Source: Raillietiella orientalis
Taxonomy: Eukaryota
Length of the DNA stretch: 64,000 nucleotides
NCBI GenBank assembly: GCA_036172245.1
Contig: JAYWIR010000051.1
Span: 930,001-994,000 of the forward strand
Direction of reading: 5' to 3'
Below, piece after piece: positions 25,101 to 38,179 of the stretch. Positions within the stretch are counted from its first letter, which is position 1; every line of letters begins with the position of its first letter. A program made the position numbers and the translations under genes. The notes under the pieces were generated by a model that did not search any database, was not told the origin of the DNA, and was given only the letters and a program-made list of their open reading frames with translations.

Positions 25101-26747
25101 AGGGGCAGGCTGCTTTCCTGCTCCAGCACCTTTCCCACCGGAGCTCGCCGTTTGCGGAGCCCTGCCAAGCAGGGGGTGCAAACCGCACCCTCGAAAGAGT
25201 TCCTCCGAGCGAGATGCGCGAAGTCTCCGAGCTCCAGATGAATTTCATGGGTGCCGCCTCGCGGATTCCGCCGACGGAACAGAGCGAGACGTCGCCGACT
25301 GTCGCACTTCCGGCGGAAGTAACGACCTTGTCTACTTCCGCCCGCTTGTCGCAGGCCACGGGTTGTCTGCGGTCGGCGTCGAGCCGACTCCCACGAAGAT
25401 CGCCGTACTCGCATTCGGCAATTCGTCTTGCGGCGGAGCGGGCGCGCTCCGCCTGCAGGTGTTTGCGCGCTACGTGGTCCGGCGTGGCTACGTAGCCACC
25501 GGCTTTTCGTGCTTCCAACGTGGTTCGATTCGCCCCACGCTTCCAGTAGTTCGGTGATACCCAAGTGACATCCCGCCCCTTCTTTGTCTCCGTTGTTTTC
25601 GAGTGCAGTCCTCCGTGATTTCGCCCTCGAAGTATCGGCGGGTGCTGCGGAACTCCAAAAAGGGAAACGCAGACGTCCGCACGTCTCCCCCAAAAGAAGG
25701 CGCATCCCGGTTCCAGCTTGGGGAAATGAATCATCCAATCGGGCGAAGGTTCGGCGAAACAGCAGGAAGTTCACTCTCATCTTTCCATTCAGTGAGGATG
25801 AGGAAACGTCCTCCGTTTTGTCGTCCATATTGCTTCCGCCTTATGGATGTGGAAAGCGGTAATCTGCGGGTCTCGGGAAGGCAATTGCCATTACGGGAAG
25901 CGGAAGCAGATCTGGACCCAAATCCAAAATTTCGGTCGTTGTGTCGTCCTGCTATGAATTCGCGTTTCCACATTTTGGCCGCAGTCCATCATCAGTCACG
26001 GGAGCGGAAAATGGATGTTTCGTTGCGGGTTGCGTCGTACGACGTCCTGGTAAAGCGCAGACAGAACAAGCTCTTCCTTAGCAACCCATCCCACGTCGCC
26101 CTTGCGTGCGAAGCGCAATCCAAACGCTAGAGGATCGAAATGTTCATTTCGATCCTCTAGCGTCTGCTCTCGTACGCAAGGAAATACTCGCAGCTTAACT
26201 CTTTGTTTTCCCTGCAACACGATCTGCACGTATGGACGGCGGAATCCGAAAGAATGACGGAGCGGTCGTGTGCGGACGAGGCACGCTTTCTGCACGTCTG
26301 CACACGTTCCCGCGGACGCTTTGCTGCTGCTGCGCTGCATTCGGACGCGAATTGAAGATGGCGACCTTTGACGGCAATTCGTTACCATCACCTGGACAAC
26401 TCATCGCCGTCGCCACCGCAAAATAGATCGGTTGAAACGTGGATGGCTGCGACTCACTTGTGCGATTGGATCTCAGCGAACCCATGGATCCATTCTCAAG
26501 GCAACTGTTTTGGTGACGTTTGTGCCGTTCTCACCGGCTCTCCATCTATCTGCATCAAGACCAACAATTCTTGGAGACTTTTTCGCCAACTTGAGGATAA
26601 CTTCTTCGTTCTCTGGACAGCTCTACCAGTCTGGCGTCTTCATCCTCTTGATCTCGACCACCAGCTCATCATGCCTCTTGGATAATCTCATTCGAGTGCC
26701 CAGTGCAATGTTCGAGAATGTTCTTGAGGCATATTTCTCCCATGATA

Positions 26748-27330
26748 CAAGGCGCATCTCATAAGTAAAGTCCGATCGGATAGAAAGAAAGAGCGAATAA
26801 GAGGAACAAAAGTGCATTATTGGTGGTCGCAAACACATGCATCCCCGTGTGATTTTTCCATGTGGTCACCATTGGTTTCCAAACACTTTTGACACCGTGG
26901 AAGAAACTTTTCGAAACCCCCTGCGTGAAATTCCGCTGCCTGGGAGTTCAGCCCCTTCGTCAGCAATGAAGTTTTCCACCTCCTCACTTCCCTCTCGAAT
27001 CGTTGAGCCACTTCCTGAGGTGCAGGAAGACGGGGTAGTCACTGGGCGCGAGGTCAGGACTGTAAGGTGGGTGATCTAAAACTTCCCATTTGAATTTCTG
27101 AATTGTCCTGAGGACAGCATGTGTTGTCAAGGCGCGTGTCATCGTGGAGGAGAAGAACGATTCCTGATCTTAGCATTCCACTCCGTCGGTTCTGAATGGC
27201 ATGCCGCAGTCCCAAAAGTGTTCCACAGTGGACTTGCAAAGTGATGGTTGTTCCGAACTCCACAAATTCCACCAAAAGCATACTCTTTTGGTTCCCACAC
27301 GCTGCTGCCGCCCGCACGTTCCTGATGTCA
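26748..27330 (-). mobile_element. mariner transposon, C-terminal half of transposase plus terminal repeat
   Basis: LLVEFVEFGTTIT...LRHAIQNRRSGMLRSGIVLLLHDD, KWEVLDHPPYSPDLAPSDY, RCQKCLETNGDHMEK. The end TA|CAAGGCGCATCTCATAAGTAAAGTCCGATCG starts at 26746-26748. Confidence 0.88.
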
Positions 27331-27334
27331 GTCC

Positions 27335-29955
27335 ACAGCTGGACAGACATCTGAAATACAACATCAATAGGAGATGAGCAGTTAGAGCGATTTTAGACCA
27401 GCAGGACGCGTCCTGTAATTTGGAAGTTGACAAGGTTGAAAGGCATTTCCAGAATGAACTTGAGATGAAACAGGGAGCTGATAAAGAGCTTCCCAAGGAG
27501 ATACTGCTGGGAATAACCCAAGCAGCATCCCCTGTAGACCTACCTCCATTCACTCAAGAGGAGTTAGTGGCGACACTACGGAGTGCGGAAAATTCATCCC
27601 CCGGAGAAGATGGAATCACGTACGCTGGATGGAAGAGCATTGATCCCGAGGCCGAAATGCTCACAATAATTTTCAATATTCTGAAAAGGTTTCGTCGAAT
27701 TACAGAAGAGTGGAAGTGTACCAGAGTGGTACTCATAGTGAAGAACTCTACAGCAGCAGATGACATCTCCAGCTGGAGGCCAATATCCATTGACAACAGT
27801 GCCTACAGGCTGTATTCCAAATGCTTGGCCTCCCGAATCAGAAGATGGATTCTGAAAAATGAGTTCATCGGCATTCAACAGAAGGGCTTCCTGCCCTTTG
27901 ATGGAGTGCTAGAACAGAATTTCATCTTGCAAACAAGATTGGATGCTGCACGTCGCTCGTCGAAGGACTTCTGCGTAGTATTTATAGACTTCGCAAATGC
28001 TTTCGGCATAGTCTCCCATGACACCATCATGGGAACACTGAAAGAAGCAGAATCCTGGGAAGAAATTATAGATATCATTGAAGAAGTATATACCGGAAGT
28101 TCCACCTTCATTCAATTGGAAAAGACCGAAACGAAGACCTCCATGCGGCGCGGAGTGAAGCAGGGATGTCCCTTAAGCTCACTCCTGTTTATCATCTCGA
28201 TAGAACCCATTCTGCGCTCGATGAGGCGTAACTATGGGGACGACGTGACATTAGCTTACGCCGACGACATCGTCATACTGGGAAAGGACGAAGCAAAAGT
28301 CCAAGGAATGATGGCGCATTTCCAGATATTAGTCGAGTAAGCCGGCTTATCCATAACCCTGCGAAATGCGCCTCGATATTCTACAGCGGCAAAATTCCGA
28401 AAGGTACAAGGGACGTGGACATCCGGGTAAAGGAAGGGGAAATCCCTTGTATTGCCTTATTACAAGCATGCAAGTGCAAGCAAGCACCCTTTGGTGTTAA
28501 GGTATTCAATACACAACCATCCAAGGTGAACATCTGCCAGAAGGCGAGTGCCATACTGGATAGTGAACTCTCAGGATCGCAGAAGATTCGAAAACCTTCT
28601 TCTATCCCAGCCTAGTTCATTACGAGAGGCTGGGAACTCACCGAAAAGAGGAATGGCAGCATGTCGACGAAGAAATCAGAAAGAAAATAAATAAGGCCTT
28701 ACACCTATCATCCTGGGCAGCGAACGAATATTTGTACGGAGACAGGAGCAAAGGCTGCCTAGGACTGATGAAGCTAGCTGGAGAATCTGACCTCTTCATC
28801 ATGGACTGCTTACGTCACCAGACAAAGCGGTAAGAAAGTTAGCACAAGAAACCCTAGAAGAATTCGTCCAAAAACGTAACCATGAAGGCCCGACAGATGA
28901 GAATCTCGGGGAATTCATGACGGGCAAGAAGACCGCAAAGCCCAGTAGTGATATAGAAAGCCTCTGGACTAAAGGAAGGAAGGTCTCTAGAAGAATTAAG
29001 GTCCGCTGGGAGTTTCAACAAGGAGAACCCAGTATAACGGTTGACGGCGTAATCTTCATCAGTAGTGCAAGAAGAGGGCTCGCCTCCGGCGTGAGAGCAT
29101 TGCAGCGGGAACACGCATGGCAATCCCTGATTCAAAACCACATTAGTCGAGGGAAGGCCATGCAGCGTGTGAGCATGTATCACTCTTCAAGCTTCTTTCA
29201 CATGAATGGAATCCATTTGACATTCCATGACTGCAGGTTCATCTATGCGGCAATACTTCCACTCAACGCTGGACCAACAAAAAACGTACACGAAAGAGTA
29301 TGTCGGCGTTGCGGGACGGAGGACGAAACGCTATCCCGCGTATTAAATAGATGCAAGAAGCACGTCCCTCTGACGATGCAGCACCATGATGGTATTCTAG
29401 AATCATCAGGAAGGCCGCGGCGGATGAAGCGAAGTGGACTCTTGTATCGAGTAATCGCAGAGTTCCAGGAACCAGAGCCTAAACCAGAGCTGGTTTTAGA
29501 AAAAAGAGATCGATGTCCACCAGGTGGTAAACATCTCCTGTCCATACGAAAATAGAAAGGAGACGTTCACCACAGCTAGGAAAGCCAAAGAAGGAAAATA
29601 CCAAGGTATCGCACTGCAACTCTGAAACAGTGGAAAACACACAAAAGTGCATGCGATCATTGGCGGCTCACTGGGAGCATGGGATCCTGGAAATGAAGAG
29701 GTACTACAATACCTAGGAATACCAAAAAAGAAGCTTGTGAAGCCAAGACTACGGATGGTAGCCACCTGCATCCGGTATTCAAGTAGCATGAATGCAACCC
29801 ACGCCAGAAAGAAAGATGAAACCCAATCCGAGGATCTGGATAATGATCTCCCTCCAGAAGGATTCGAGGAAAGCAGTGAAGAACCGTGAAGGACAGGGAG
29901 AAAACAACAATTGCGGAAGACTCTCCAGAGCCATTCCAAAAGTAACTTTGTAAAA
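27335..29955 (+). mobile_element. 5'-truncated Utopia/NeSL-like (R2 group, REL endonuclease) non-LTR retrotransposon
   Basis: Open RT frame at 27420-28340: ENSSPGEDGITY, WRPISI, QKGFLPFDGVLEQNF, FIDFANAFG, GVKQGCPLS, YADD (28257-28268). Downstream, frameshifted CRRCGTEDETLSRVLNRC, KPELVL, CPYENR and IGGSLGAWDPGN (CCHC + REL domain). Confidence 0.92.
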
Positions 29956-29961
29956 ACTTAA

Positions 29962-30034
29962 AATGCATAATGTTCCTCTTATTTGTTTTTCTTTCTATCC
30001 GATCGGCCTTCACTTTTGAGATGCTCCTCATTCG
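29962..30034. repeat. Second mariner end, inverted relative to 26748-26820
   Basis: aatgcataatgttcctcttatttgtttttctttctatccgatcggccttcacttttgagatgctcc...cg|TA matches the reverse complement of 26746-26820 over ~75 bp. TA at 30035-30036. Confidence 0.85.
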
Positions 30035-30779
30035 TACCTCCTGCCCATCCGACCGACCATCTCGGCTGGGCGTTACTCGCCCAAGCAGCAGCTTCAGCCG
30101 CACCGCTTGAAAAAGTCGGTGATCCCCAAATCTTCATGAAACGCACGAAGTGCACTGACCTGCGACGCTGCTGACCAAAGCAGCGCATGGTCTTCCCTCA
30201 GTCAGTGAGCGTTGCGATGGGCAGGGTTTCCCTGCCTCCTTGGAATCGCTCACAGGACTTTCTCCCCCATGGCTGTCGAAAGTTGCATTTGCAGATGTGA
30301 TCTTCGATTCATTTTTTTAAAAGTCCGCATTCTCTTTGCTTATCCGAACGTTACGCTGCTCACCGTCCAGGCGCTTTTGACGTCGCTACTGCGTTTCTTC
30401 TGGATATTCCTACTATGGGTTGTGGCCCGAATCCTTGAAAGTCTACGTGGATCGAGGCGTCTGCAAGCTTCTTCTCTAATACCGGACCGAATGTGCTTTC
30501 AGACAAACCTGGTGCTGCTGGATCTGGTGGAGTTGACAGTAAAGGAGGTGCTCCTCGCGAAGTTTGTCGGCCTCGTTTGGCTACTCGGGAAGACTCCCGA
30601 AATGGAAAGAGGTGAGGGCGGAGAGAAGAGCAGGGAATAGCATAAATAGATGACAGGTTTTCGGAAACTGGAAGAATTCTATGAATTAGAATTGAAGGCG
30701 AATAGATTTCGATTAATCGAAATCTGTCAACTGGTCACGATGGAAAACTGTCAAAAGTCATACAGAGAACAGTGACTTG

Positions 30780-31250
30780 ATGTGGTAAGATTCCCTAGAG
30801 GGCCTTACCACATCGAGCGTGAGGCTCGGTGGAACAGAGATTGGCAGAACTTTTGGAGTGCCTGGAGAATAGGGATTTCCTCAAGTCTGCTTCTTCGACT
30901 CTACGCTCTTCCTCTCAATCCAGGATATGGTGGAGTTCCTTTAGAACTCCAGTTTCCATATATTCAGCACCGCAAAAGAGCAGCACTGCATCGAGAGGAT
31001 CCCTTCTGGCGAAAAGGCACTGCGTTCATCTCACCACTAACCTACACTTCGTTAGACCTGATTAAGCGTTTGTTCCCTAAGTGCTTTCCATGGCCACAGT
31101 ATCACTACTGTGGAAAAGTTCGCAACATCGTGGTAGCACGCCTGAAGCAGGAAACCCTCCAGGAAGACAAGGTCATTCTCTGGCTACAGAGGGCAAGTGT
31201 CACGCTGGAACGCAGGAAAGTAGTCCATATAGGAAAAAAGACTATAAGTC
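30780..31250 (+). mobile_element. Degenerate REL-type LINE C-terminal fragment
   Basis: RLYALPLNPG (ARLNLLPLNG-like) and RNIVVARLK (RHNxVVxRL-like) lie within the 30782-31381 ORF. Confidence 0.35.
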
Positions 31251-32629
31251 GAAGAACTGAATGCAGAGCATCCTGTTACCTTTCTCCCGTAGTCCTTATC
31301 GATCATGCCTATTTTTCGAATCTTTTTCTCCTTTCCTATTCATCATGCATCCAGCCCATCACGAGCGGAAGCACTCGCTAATAGTAGGTGGAGTCTGCCT
31401 TGCTACCTGGCTGTAGGACTGTTGTTTCTCGATAAATTCCTCCGCTGAGAGAGGTTCCAAAGCAGGAGACAGCAGGAGATCCTACGAGCACACCGTGGTG
31501 CAGTGCAAGATTATATTCTTTCTTCACGCGTTTTCGAGTTTCACTGCTCATTGGCAAGTGATCTATGCACCTGTGTCGCCGCGCCACACATCTGACGCCC
31601 AGGTGTTCTCCGCTGTGGCTTGCACATCAGTTCCTTGGCTATTCTGCGGAAGAACCTTTCGCGTGGTATCTGGTCAGGGAATATCCGTGCTCCACACAGC
31701 TGTGGACCAATTAGCACCCCAAGCTTCACGCAATTCCCGAAGTGTGGAACCACAATCGCATGAACGACTCGACCGGTTTCTCCCGGCTACACGCACAACA
31801 TACACCACGAAATCACGTCCACTCAGCTCCGACGTGACCAACCCTCGACGGAGCGCCCACCTGTAGCTGCACTCAGAACTTGCTCATCTTGGAAAATTTT
31901 CGTTTTCCTTCCTCGAAACCAGCTTTTTCTGTGGAGGTTCCTTGAAGCGGGAGGAATTGGAGCGAATCGCTTCTCCTTCCCTTCCTACAAGAAAAATGGA
32001 CAGCTAAGTGGTACTTGAGATATCAGCTGTCTGATCCAGTGCCAGAGATGAGAAAACGAACGAATACGCTGTGCCAATGCGGCGGCTATCCGACTGGTCG
32101 CCATCTCGTCAGTTCTTCCAGGTATAACAGCTATGCAGGACCAACTAGCTGTGACGAACGAATTGACCTCGTGCGTGCCCGTGCATGCTCGCCTCGGAGC
32201 AGCTTCGAGTTGTTCTCCAGCGTGCGGTCCTTCCGAGTGTGGCTGAAGACGACTAACGATGAATTCATTGAGTGCGCAGCTTGGATACACGGTTGTGTGA
32301 TTTTCAATCCGGGATTTGCCACCAGCTGCCTTGCAGTTCCAGAGGGGTCCGAAGCACATCCGCACACGCCCTCCTCTTTCGCGCATCGCCAGTAGGATGC
32401 GTGACCTCTTCCTCTATCGTGTTGAAATTCCTTTCCGGGTTCCTTTTCTCCGAAGCCACAACAGACCCACGACAGGTGGGACATTTGCCTCTGATGCCAA
32501 AGTTGTCCAAGAAAACTAAAACTGCCCGTCATCATCGCGTGGTCTGCTTCCCTACATCAGGATTTGACCCTTCAAGGGCGCTATTTTCATGCGGATATTC
32601 GCCATCTTGAAACTTTAATGTTCGTTGTG

Positions 32630-33600
32630 CGCAATTACATAGGTTTTCAGAAAGAGGCTCTGGAGAGTCTCCCGCAGTTATTTTCTTCTCCCGTCTTTAC
32701 GGAGTTTCCTGGACTTGCACGGATTCCTCTGGTGGGAGAACATTGTCTAGATTATCGAGTTGGTTATCGGTATTCTTTTTTACGTGGGTTGCATATATAG
32801 TGCTTGAGTATTGGATATAGGTAGCTACCATGCGGTGTCTCAGTTCAACCAGCTTCTTGGTACTCGTAAGTACTTCTTCGTTACCAGGATCCCATGCTCC
32901 CAGAGTGCCGACGATGATCGCATGTACTTTGCTTTCCACCACTCCAAGTTGAATTGCTATATCCTTGTATTTTCCTTCCTTAATTTTTCAGGTTGTGCTG
33001 AACGTCTTCTTTCCATTTTCGTGTCTCCAGCAGATGTCCAGCACACATATCCAGTTTCCTTTTTCTAAAACCACGTCTGAGTTAGGCTGGAAGTGGTTTC
33101 TGGCACTCTCCGGTTTCTTGAGACAAGACTCCACTTTGCTTCGTCCACTGCGGTCTTCCTAGTGATTTCTTGGATCGCATCATGACGTGTCATGGTAAGA
33201 GTGGAACGTGCTTCTTGCATTTATTTAACACATGAGATAGCGCTTCATCCGCGGTCCCGCAACGCCGACGTATGTGTTCATGTGCTTTTTTAGTTGGCCC
33301 AGCGTTGATTGACAGCAAGTTCAGTCTTGCTGCACGGATAAACCTATAATCTTCAACTCTTAGGTGGATTCCATTTGTGTAAAAAAAGCTTGAGACATGA
33401 TGCATGCCCTCACACTGCATGGCTTTCCCTTGGCTTTTGTGGTTGTGGATTCGGGATCGCCATGCATATCCCCTCTGCAATGCTCTCACGCTGGAGGTGA
33501 GCTTTCTTCTTGGATTGCTGATAAAGATGACGCCGTCAACCGTCATACTGGCTTCTTCTTGCTGAAATTCCCAGCGGGCTTTTACTTGAATTGGAGTACA
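32630..33600 (-). mobile_element. Utopia/NeSL-like LINE 3' fragment, same family as 27335-29955
   Basis: VKARWEFQQEEASMTVDGVIFIS...RAARLNLLSINAGPTK...CGTADEALSHVLNKC and IIVGTLGAWDPGNEEVL align directly with 28990-29955. Confidence 0.88.
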
Positions 33601-35399
33601 CTGCTTACACATATCTCAATTGTATAGTACTCCTGGAAAGGAACACCATGCTCACTGGCAGGCTCTTTTATTTGACCGGAAGTCGTATAACACGAAGCGA
33701 TCCACGATGCATTTTCACGAAGTACTTTCAATGCATCAGCCTCCTAGTTGCGGAGATGAATTCCAATTTCGAGTGTCTCGAAAGTGGCACAAATATCCCC
33801 CGGGGGCTGCATGGCCGGTTCCATTCCTTGACTGTGCCTTGTCGTTCTGCCTGGTTGAGAGATCGTTGCAAGAGATCTGCAGGATAGCGCGTGAAACCCT
33901 GAGTGTATGCAAGTGCCACAGTAGACGCATAGTTCGCTTGGTTACAGGGGTTTTGCAAAGTTGCGGGATGAAGAGGTGTGTGAATCTGCAAGCAGGTCGT
34001 TGGTGAATCACTTCTTCTGACATCAGCCTTTCGCAGTCTGGTACCTGTCCTTCCATGCCCTGCATATCGACCGAATGTTTTCACCCGATTTTTGTTTCCG
34101 CCGGCTCGGCGATGATGCCCATTGCCAATCTATCGTGCAACTCCAACGCGCACGCAGTTTGTGGGGCTCGAACGAACCAGCGGATGGCTGGAATGACTTC
34201 GACGCTGCCGCGCCGAGTTACCGTCGCGGAGTCGGATTCCGACTGGGATGCCAGAGCAGGCTGCTGTCCAAGATCAATTGCCGACAGCAGACGCTGAGCC
34301 TAGAGCATCCCACCTACAGATTGCAGACCCAAAGTTTAAAGGAACAAGCTGTAAGGTTATCTTGGAAAACGAACTAAAAGGCAGCAACCCTCAGATGAAA
34401 AGATGTTTTTTTGGAGGTTTCACGGCGATGTCCGGATCCTTTGCAGGAGTAATGCGGTCCACTGAACTGGAGGAGCTACAGAATGACTCACTGCTCTTCA
34501 CCCACTGTACTACTCGTAAGCTCGTACCATTGATTCGCGCCACTGTCTATCGAGACGGGCAGATCTCGATGAGGAAGCTTCCAGTGCTGAAATCCGCGTC
34601 AAGAGTGCACACCAGAGGGTCCCCACAGCTACAAGCAGATTGCATAGGTCGGCAATCACCGGAAAGAAACACCGTGATCGTCTCTGTATGCGATTCCGAT
34701 GGTTCAATCCACGTTGCTGTCAACACAGCCACGGACTCGTAAAGGATGTCTCTCCAAGAGGTAAATTTGGAGCTTGATCTTCCAAGACGAAAGTGCTGGT
34801 AAGCTCCATTCCAAGGCACACAACGAAGAAGGTGAGCTCAGACAGTATGGGCCTGAGATGGCAGAAAAACTCGTGCAAAAAGCGAACTCCGCTACTCTGT
34901 GGTTTGCTGCGATCGAGAAGGTCGTTCACGGAGCCTCCAGAGAAGCAGAAAAGCCTGGAGGTATGTGCTGCCTCCACCGTGTATAGGGAGGAGGAAGCAC
35001 CCTTTTCCACAGAGAGAAAGTCTCGGATGCGACTATAACTTTCATGGGGCTCGCACCCATCGACCACCTCGTTTAGTCAGCAGAATTAAGAGAGGCACTG
35101 CACTGCATTCAAGATATGATACCTCAGACGGAAATCACCTGTCGGGAGACGCCATCTCACATAGTCTGCATTAATGCATCGAAAGCCCCTCGCGTGGGCG
35201 CTGAGGTCTTCGCCACTCCCCCAGGGTTTGCGACGCGAGGTTCCCAAACACGCTAGTTCGGAAATGCCACCTATCGCCAAGCCAGCTCGGCAGAGGAATT
35301 CCAGTCCGTAGGGACCCTCGTGGAGCGAAGGGACAAGGGACGTCTCATCTGAAGACAGAGTCAGCCTTCAGGCGGCATTCGAATCAAGAGGATTTGATG

Positions 35400-38100
35400 G
35401 ATCCATCCCAACTGATAAGAAAAAGCCGTAGAGTCCTCGGTACCAAAGCGCCTTAAGAGATGTTCCGAGACGGGAAGCGGCTGACCCCGCAAACATGCAT
35501 GCTACACACAAAAACATGATGCATGTAAGTAAATCTGTGGATCCAGCCCTCAGGAATGCCATCATCTATCTTCAACAGATGCCTCAAGATCAGAAAAATA
35601 CCCGAAGGCTGGAAACATTTCGAAAGGACGTTAATTCCCTTATGGTTTCCTCCTCCGGCATCCCAAATGTCCTGTATTCCGAGCAGACTGCAAGAGAAAT
35701 TAATTCTTCTTTCCCGGAGGTTTCAGGAATTGCTCGTAAATCAAGAGGTCAGCGCTCCACAGTGGAAGGGCTTTCTCGTCTTCAACTGGGTGCTGGAACA
35801 AAACTTTCCTCCTTCTACGGTCCAGACGCCACGAGGGAAGAGCACCCCATGCGCGCCCTGATCCGCGTGACTGATGTCCCTGGGGACAGATTCAGCAACC
35901 TTTACAGCACTCCCCGGATTCTGCGTGGAAGCAGAACGGACGAACTCCTCGGATCGATAGTTCGGGACATCGACCACGATCCTGGTGGATTCGCTCAACA
36001 GGATGCATCCGGACATTGAAAAGATTCGAGCAGGGATACTTAGCTCTCCGCTTTTTCCACATGGCCATGGAACCCCCGTTCCGAGCAAGCAGGAAGAGTC
36101 CTTGGAAGGAGACTCCTCTTTAGCTTGAGCGGATGACCTCATCCTGCTTGCACAGCGATGAGAAGGTTCGTTCGAACGCCCCGAGGTGCTCACTGGCCTT
36201 TGTGCAAGGAAACGGGACTCATCATCGATCCCTGCAGATGTGTTCCTTAGCATTATGCGGCAGCTTCACCCAGATGAATGTCCTGTTCAGGATGACCCAA
36301 CAAGACGTCCCTCTCCAGATCAGCGAAATACCCCGGTGTATTTCGCCAAGTCCCCGATGACATGGAGATACGGCGGAGCCATCATCCGAATATCGGCTGC
36401 TGCCCAAAGCAGTCAGCATTTCGGACTTCGTGGTTCTCTGGTTACGGAGGCTGGATGTCATGCGGACCTCTTCCTTGCCAGGTCTTGTGCAACCCTAGCG
36501 GCTCCGGGCGTTCCAACAGCGGATGGGGCCTCTTTCAACTCGACGCTCAGCGGCCACATAGTGCGCTCTCCAAGCTGGCGCGGTGGCAAGCGGATGTCCG
36601 TAGGCCAGCCGAACCATGTCGTGGTCTCTCCAACCTACGAGGCGAGACCAACAGTTAGCATCCAGCAGGATGTTAACATCACCGCATCCTTCGGCTCATA
36701 TCTCTTCCAAGACATCCCTCCTGCTGCGGTAGCACAGATCCTCCAGAAGGTACCTCGTTGAAACAGTCTGTTTGCAAGAGCACTCGGTCTCTGCATCAGA
36801 GGAAGAGAACTAATACCGTGGAACTTTCCATTTTGCCTCGAAGAGACTCCCGAAGGTCATGATGAATATTGGGACGATGGGATCCTGTGAGTGGCCGTGT
36901 GCTCAGTACACCAGTTATTCCGAGGAAGAAAGCAGCGACCTTAGGAAGAGCATCTGAACATCCGTAAAATGCTCCAGAGGCATTTTTCCGAATGGGCTAC
37001 CGTCCAAACAGAAACAATCGTCAGCCGAATCCATTAGAAGTATCAGAGGCAAAGGTTGCCCACACTGTGGTAAACTACCCATCTCTTGTGTACACTCCTC
37101 ATCCACACTTGTAAAAACCAGCTGTGAATGTTGACTCGCTGATCCAAATTGGTCGCAGACTTCACGCCTATCCTGACAAGTAAAAGGCCTGTGAACCAAC
37201 TCTAAGCTCTCAGGAAGCGTCCTCCTTTCCATCGTGACACCAGCCGTGGCCAAACATCCCTTCAAGAGAAAGGCAAACGCAAGAACGAATCGAGGGGAGA
37301 AAAACTGTCAACTCCGCGTGAATGCACCGTCGCCGTCGGACGATGCGGCGCTCCTGCAGATAACGGAGCAGCGAGAGCAGTTCGGATGACACAGCACTAT
37401 TTAACAGTTTCCCGAAGGCATTCCTGCCTCTAACAGCGCGCAACTCAGACCGGACCCGCAGAAAGCAAAGAAGCAAAATGATGAGGCTTTGGAAATCAAG
37501 GACATGACTGTTTTCCGCGAGCAGGATGGCAGCAAGAGAGGCGTCAGGAAGTCTCGGTAAAACTTGCACTGCCAGAAGGTCATTCGATCTTCCCAGCATT
37601 AACGCGTCTCTCCAATGTGGTCTATTAATCTGCCAACGGGTGCAGGACGACGACAAGAGGCGCAATGTAACCATTGACCAGAGTCCATCCGACTCGTCCT
37701 CCCGCGGGGTATTCATAGCATCTCCGACCACGAGGTTTCTGAGTTCGAGAGAGGCACAGAGGGAAAGCTACATTGGCGGCGGGGCTGCGCACGATCGTGT
37801 GGAGTTGCTGCTCAGGGTGAAGAAGCTTCCCAGAGCAGGACACATCGTCCATTTTGATGAGGATGGACGAGCAGGCCAACTGGTCATTGAGTGGTCCAAC
37901 TCGATCGACGCTATCATCGCGAACATGTGCGCACCATGAACGTGGCTCTGAGAAAACACGGAAGGAGCACTTCTTCCTCGGTGCTCTTCGGAGCGAGTGA
38001 CTCCCGGACTTCGGTCTCATTGTGGCTCATTTCGTTCTAGGGGAATTCAGTGTCCACCTGCTTTCCAATGAGAACAGTCTCGGAGGCACAGTTTGCGGGG
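35400..38100 (+). mobile_element. Old, fragmented REL-type LINE(s) (RT and C-terminal remnants)
   Basis: IFNRCLKIRKIPEGWK..TLIP (~35.58 kb), QWKGFLVFNWVLEQNF (~35.78 kb), SDDTALF (~37.39 kb), TLAAGLRTIV...PEQD (~37.8 kb). Probably more than one copy. Confidence 0.5.
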
Positions 38101-38179
38101 GAGTGAGCCATACGCGTCCTTGCAAGCGTGCAGCTTTGAGTAAACGCTTCAGCACGACCTTCATATTCTGGATAGGTGG

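Noticed and set aside
26450..26745. Possible second Tc1/mariner N-terminal fragment
   Set aside because: Only a frameshifted EDA-RTGR-like hint; insufficient to support a call.
29968..29990. U2 snRNA target remnant (tgttcctcttatttgttt) after the Utopia-like 3' end
   Set aside because: Fully explained as part of the mariner terminal repeat; similarity to U2 is weak.
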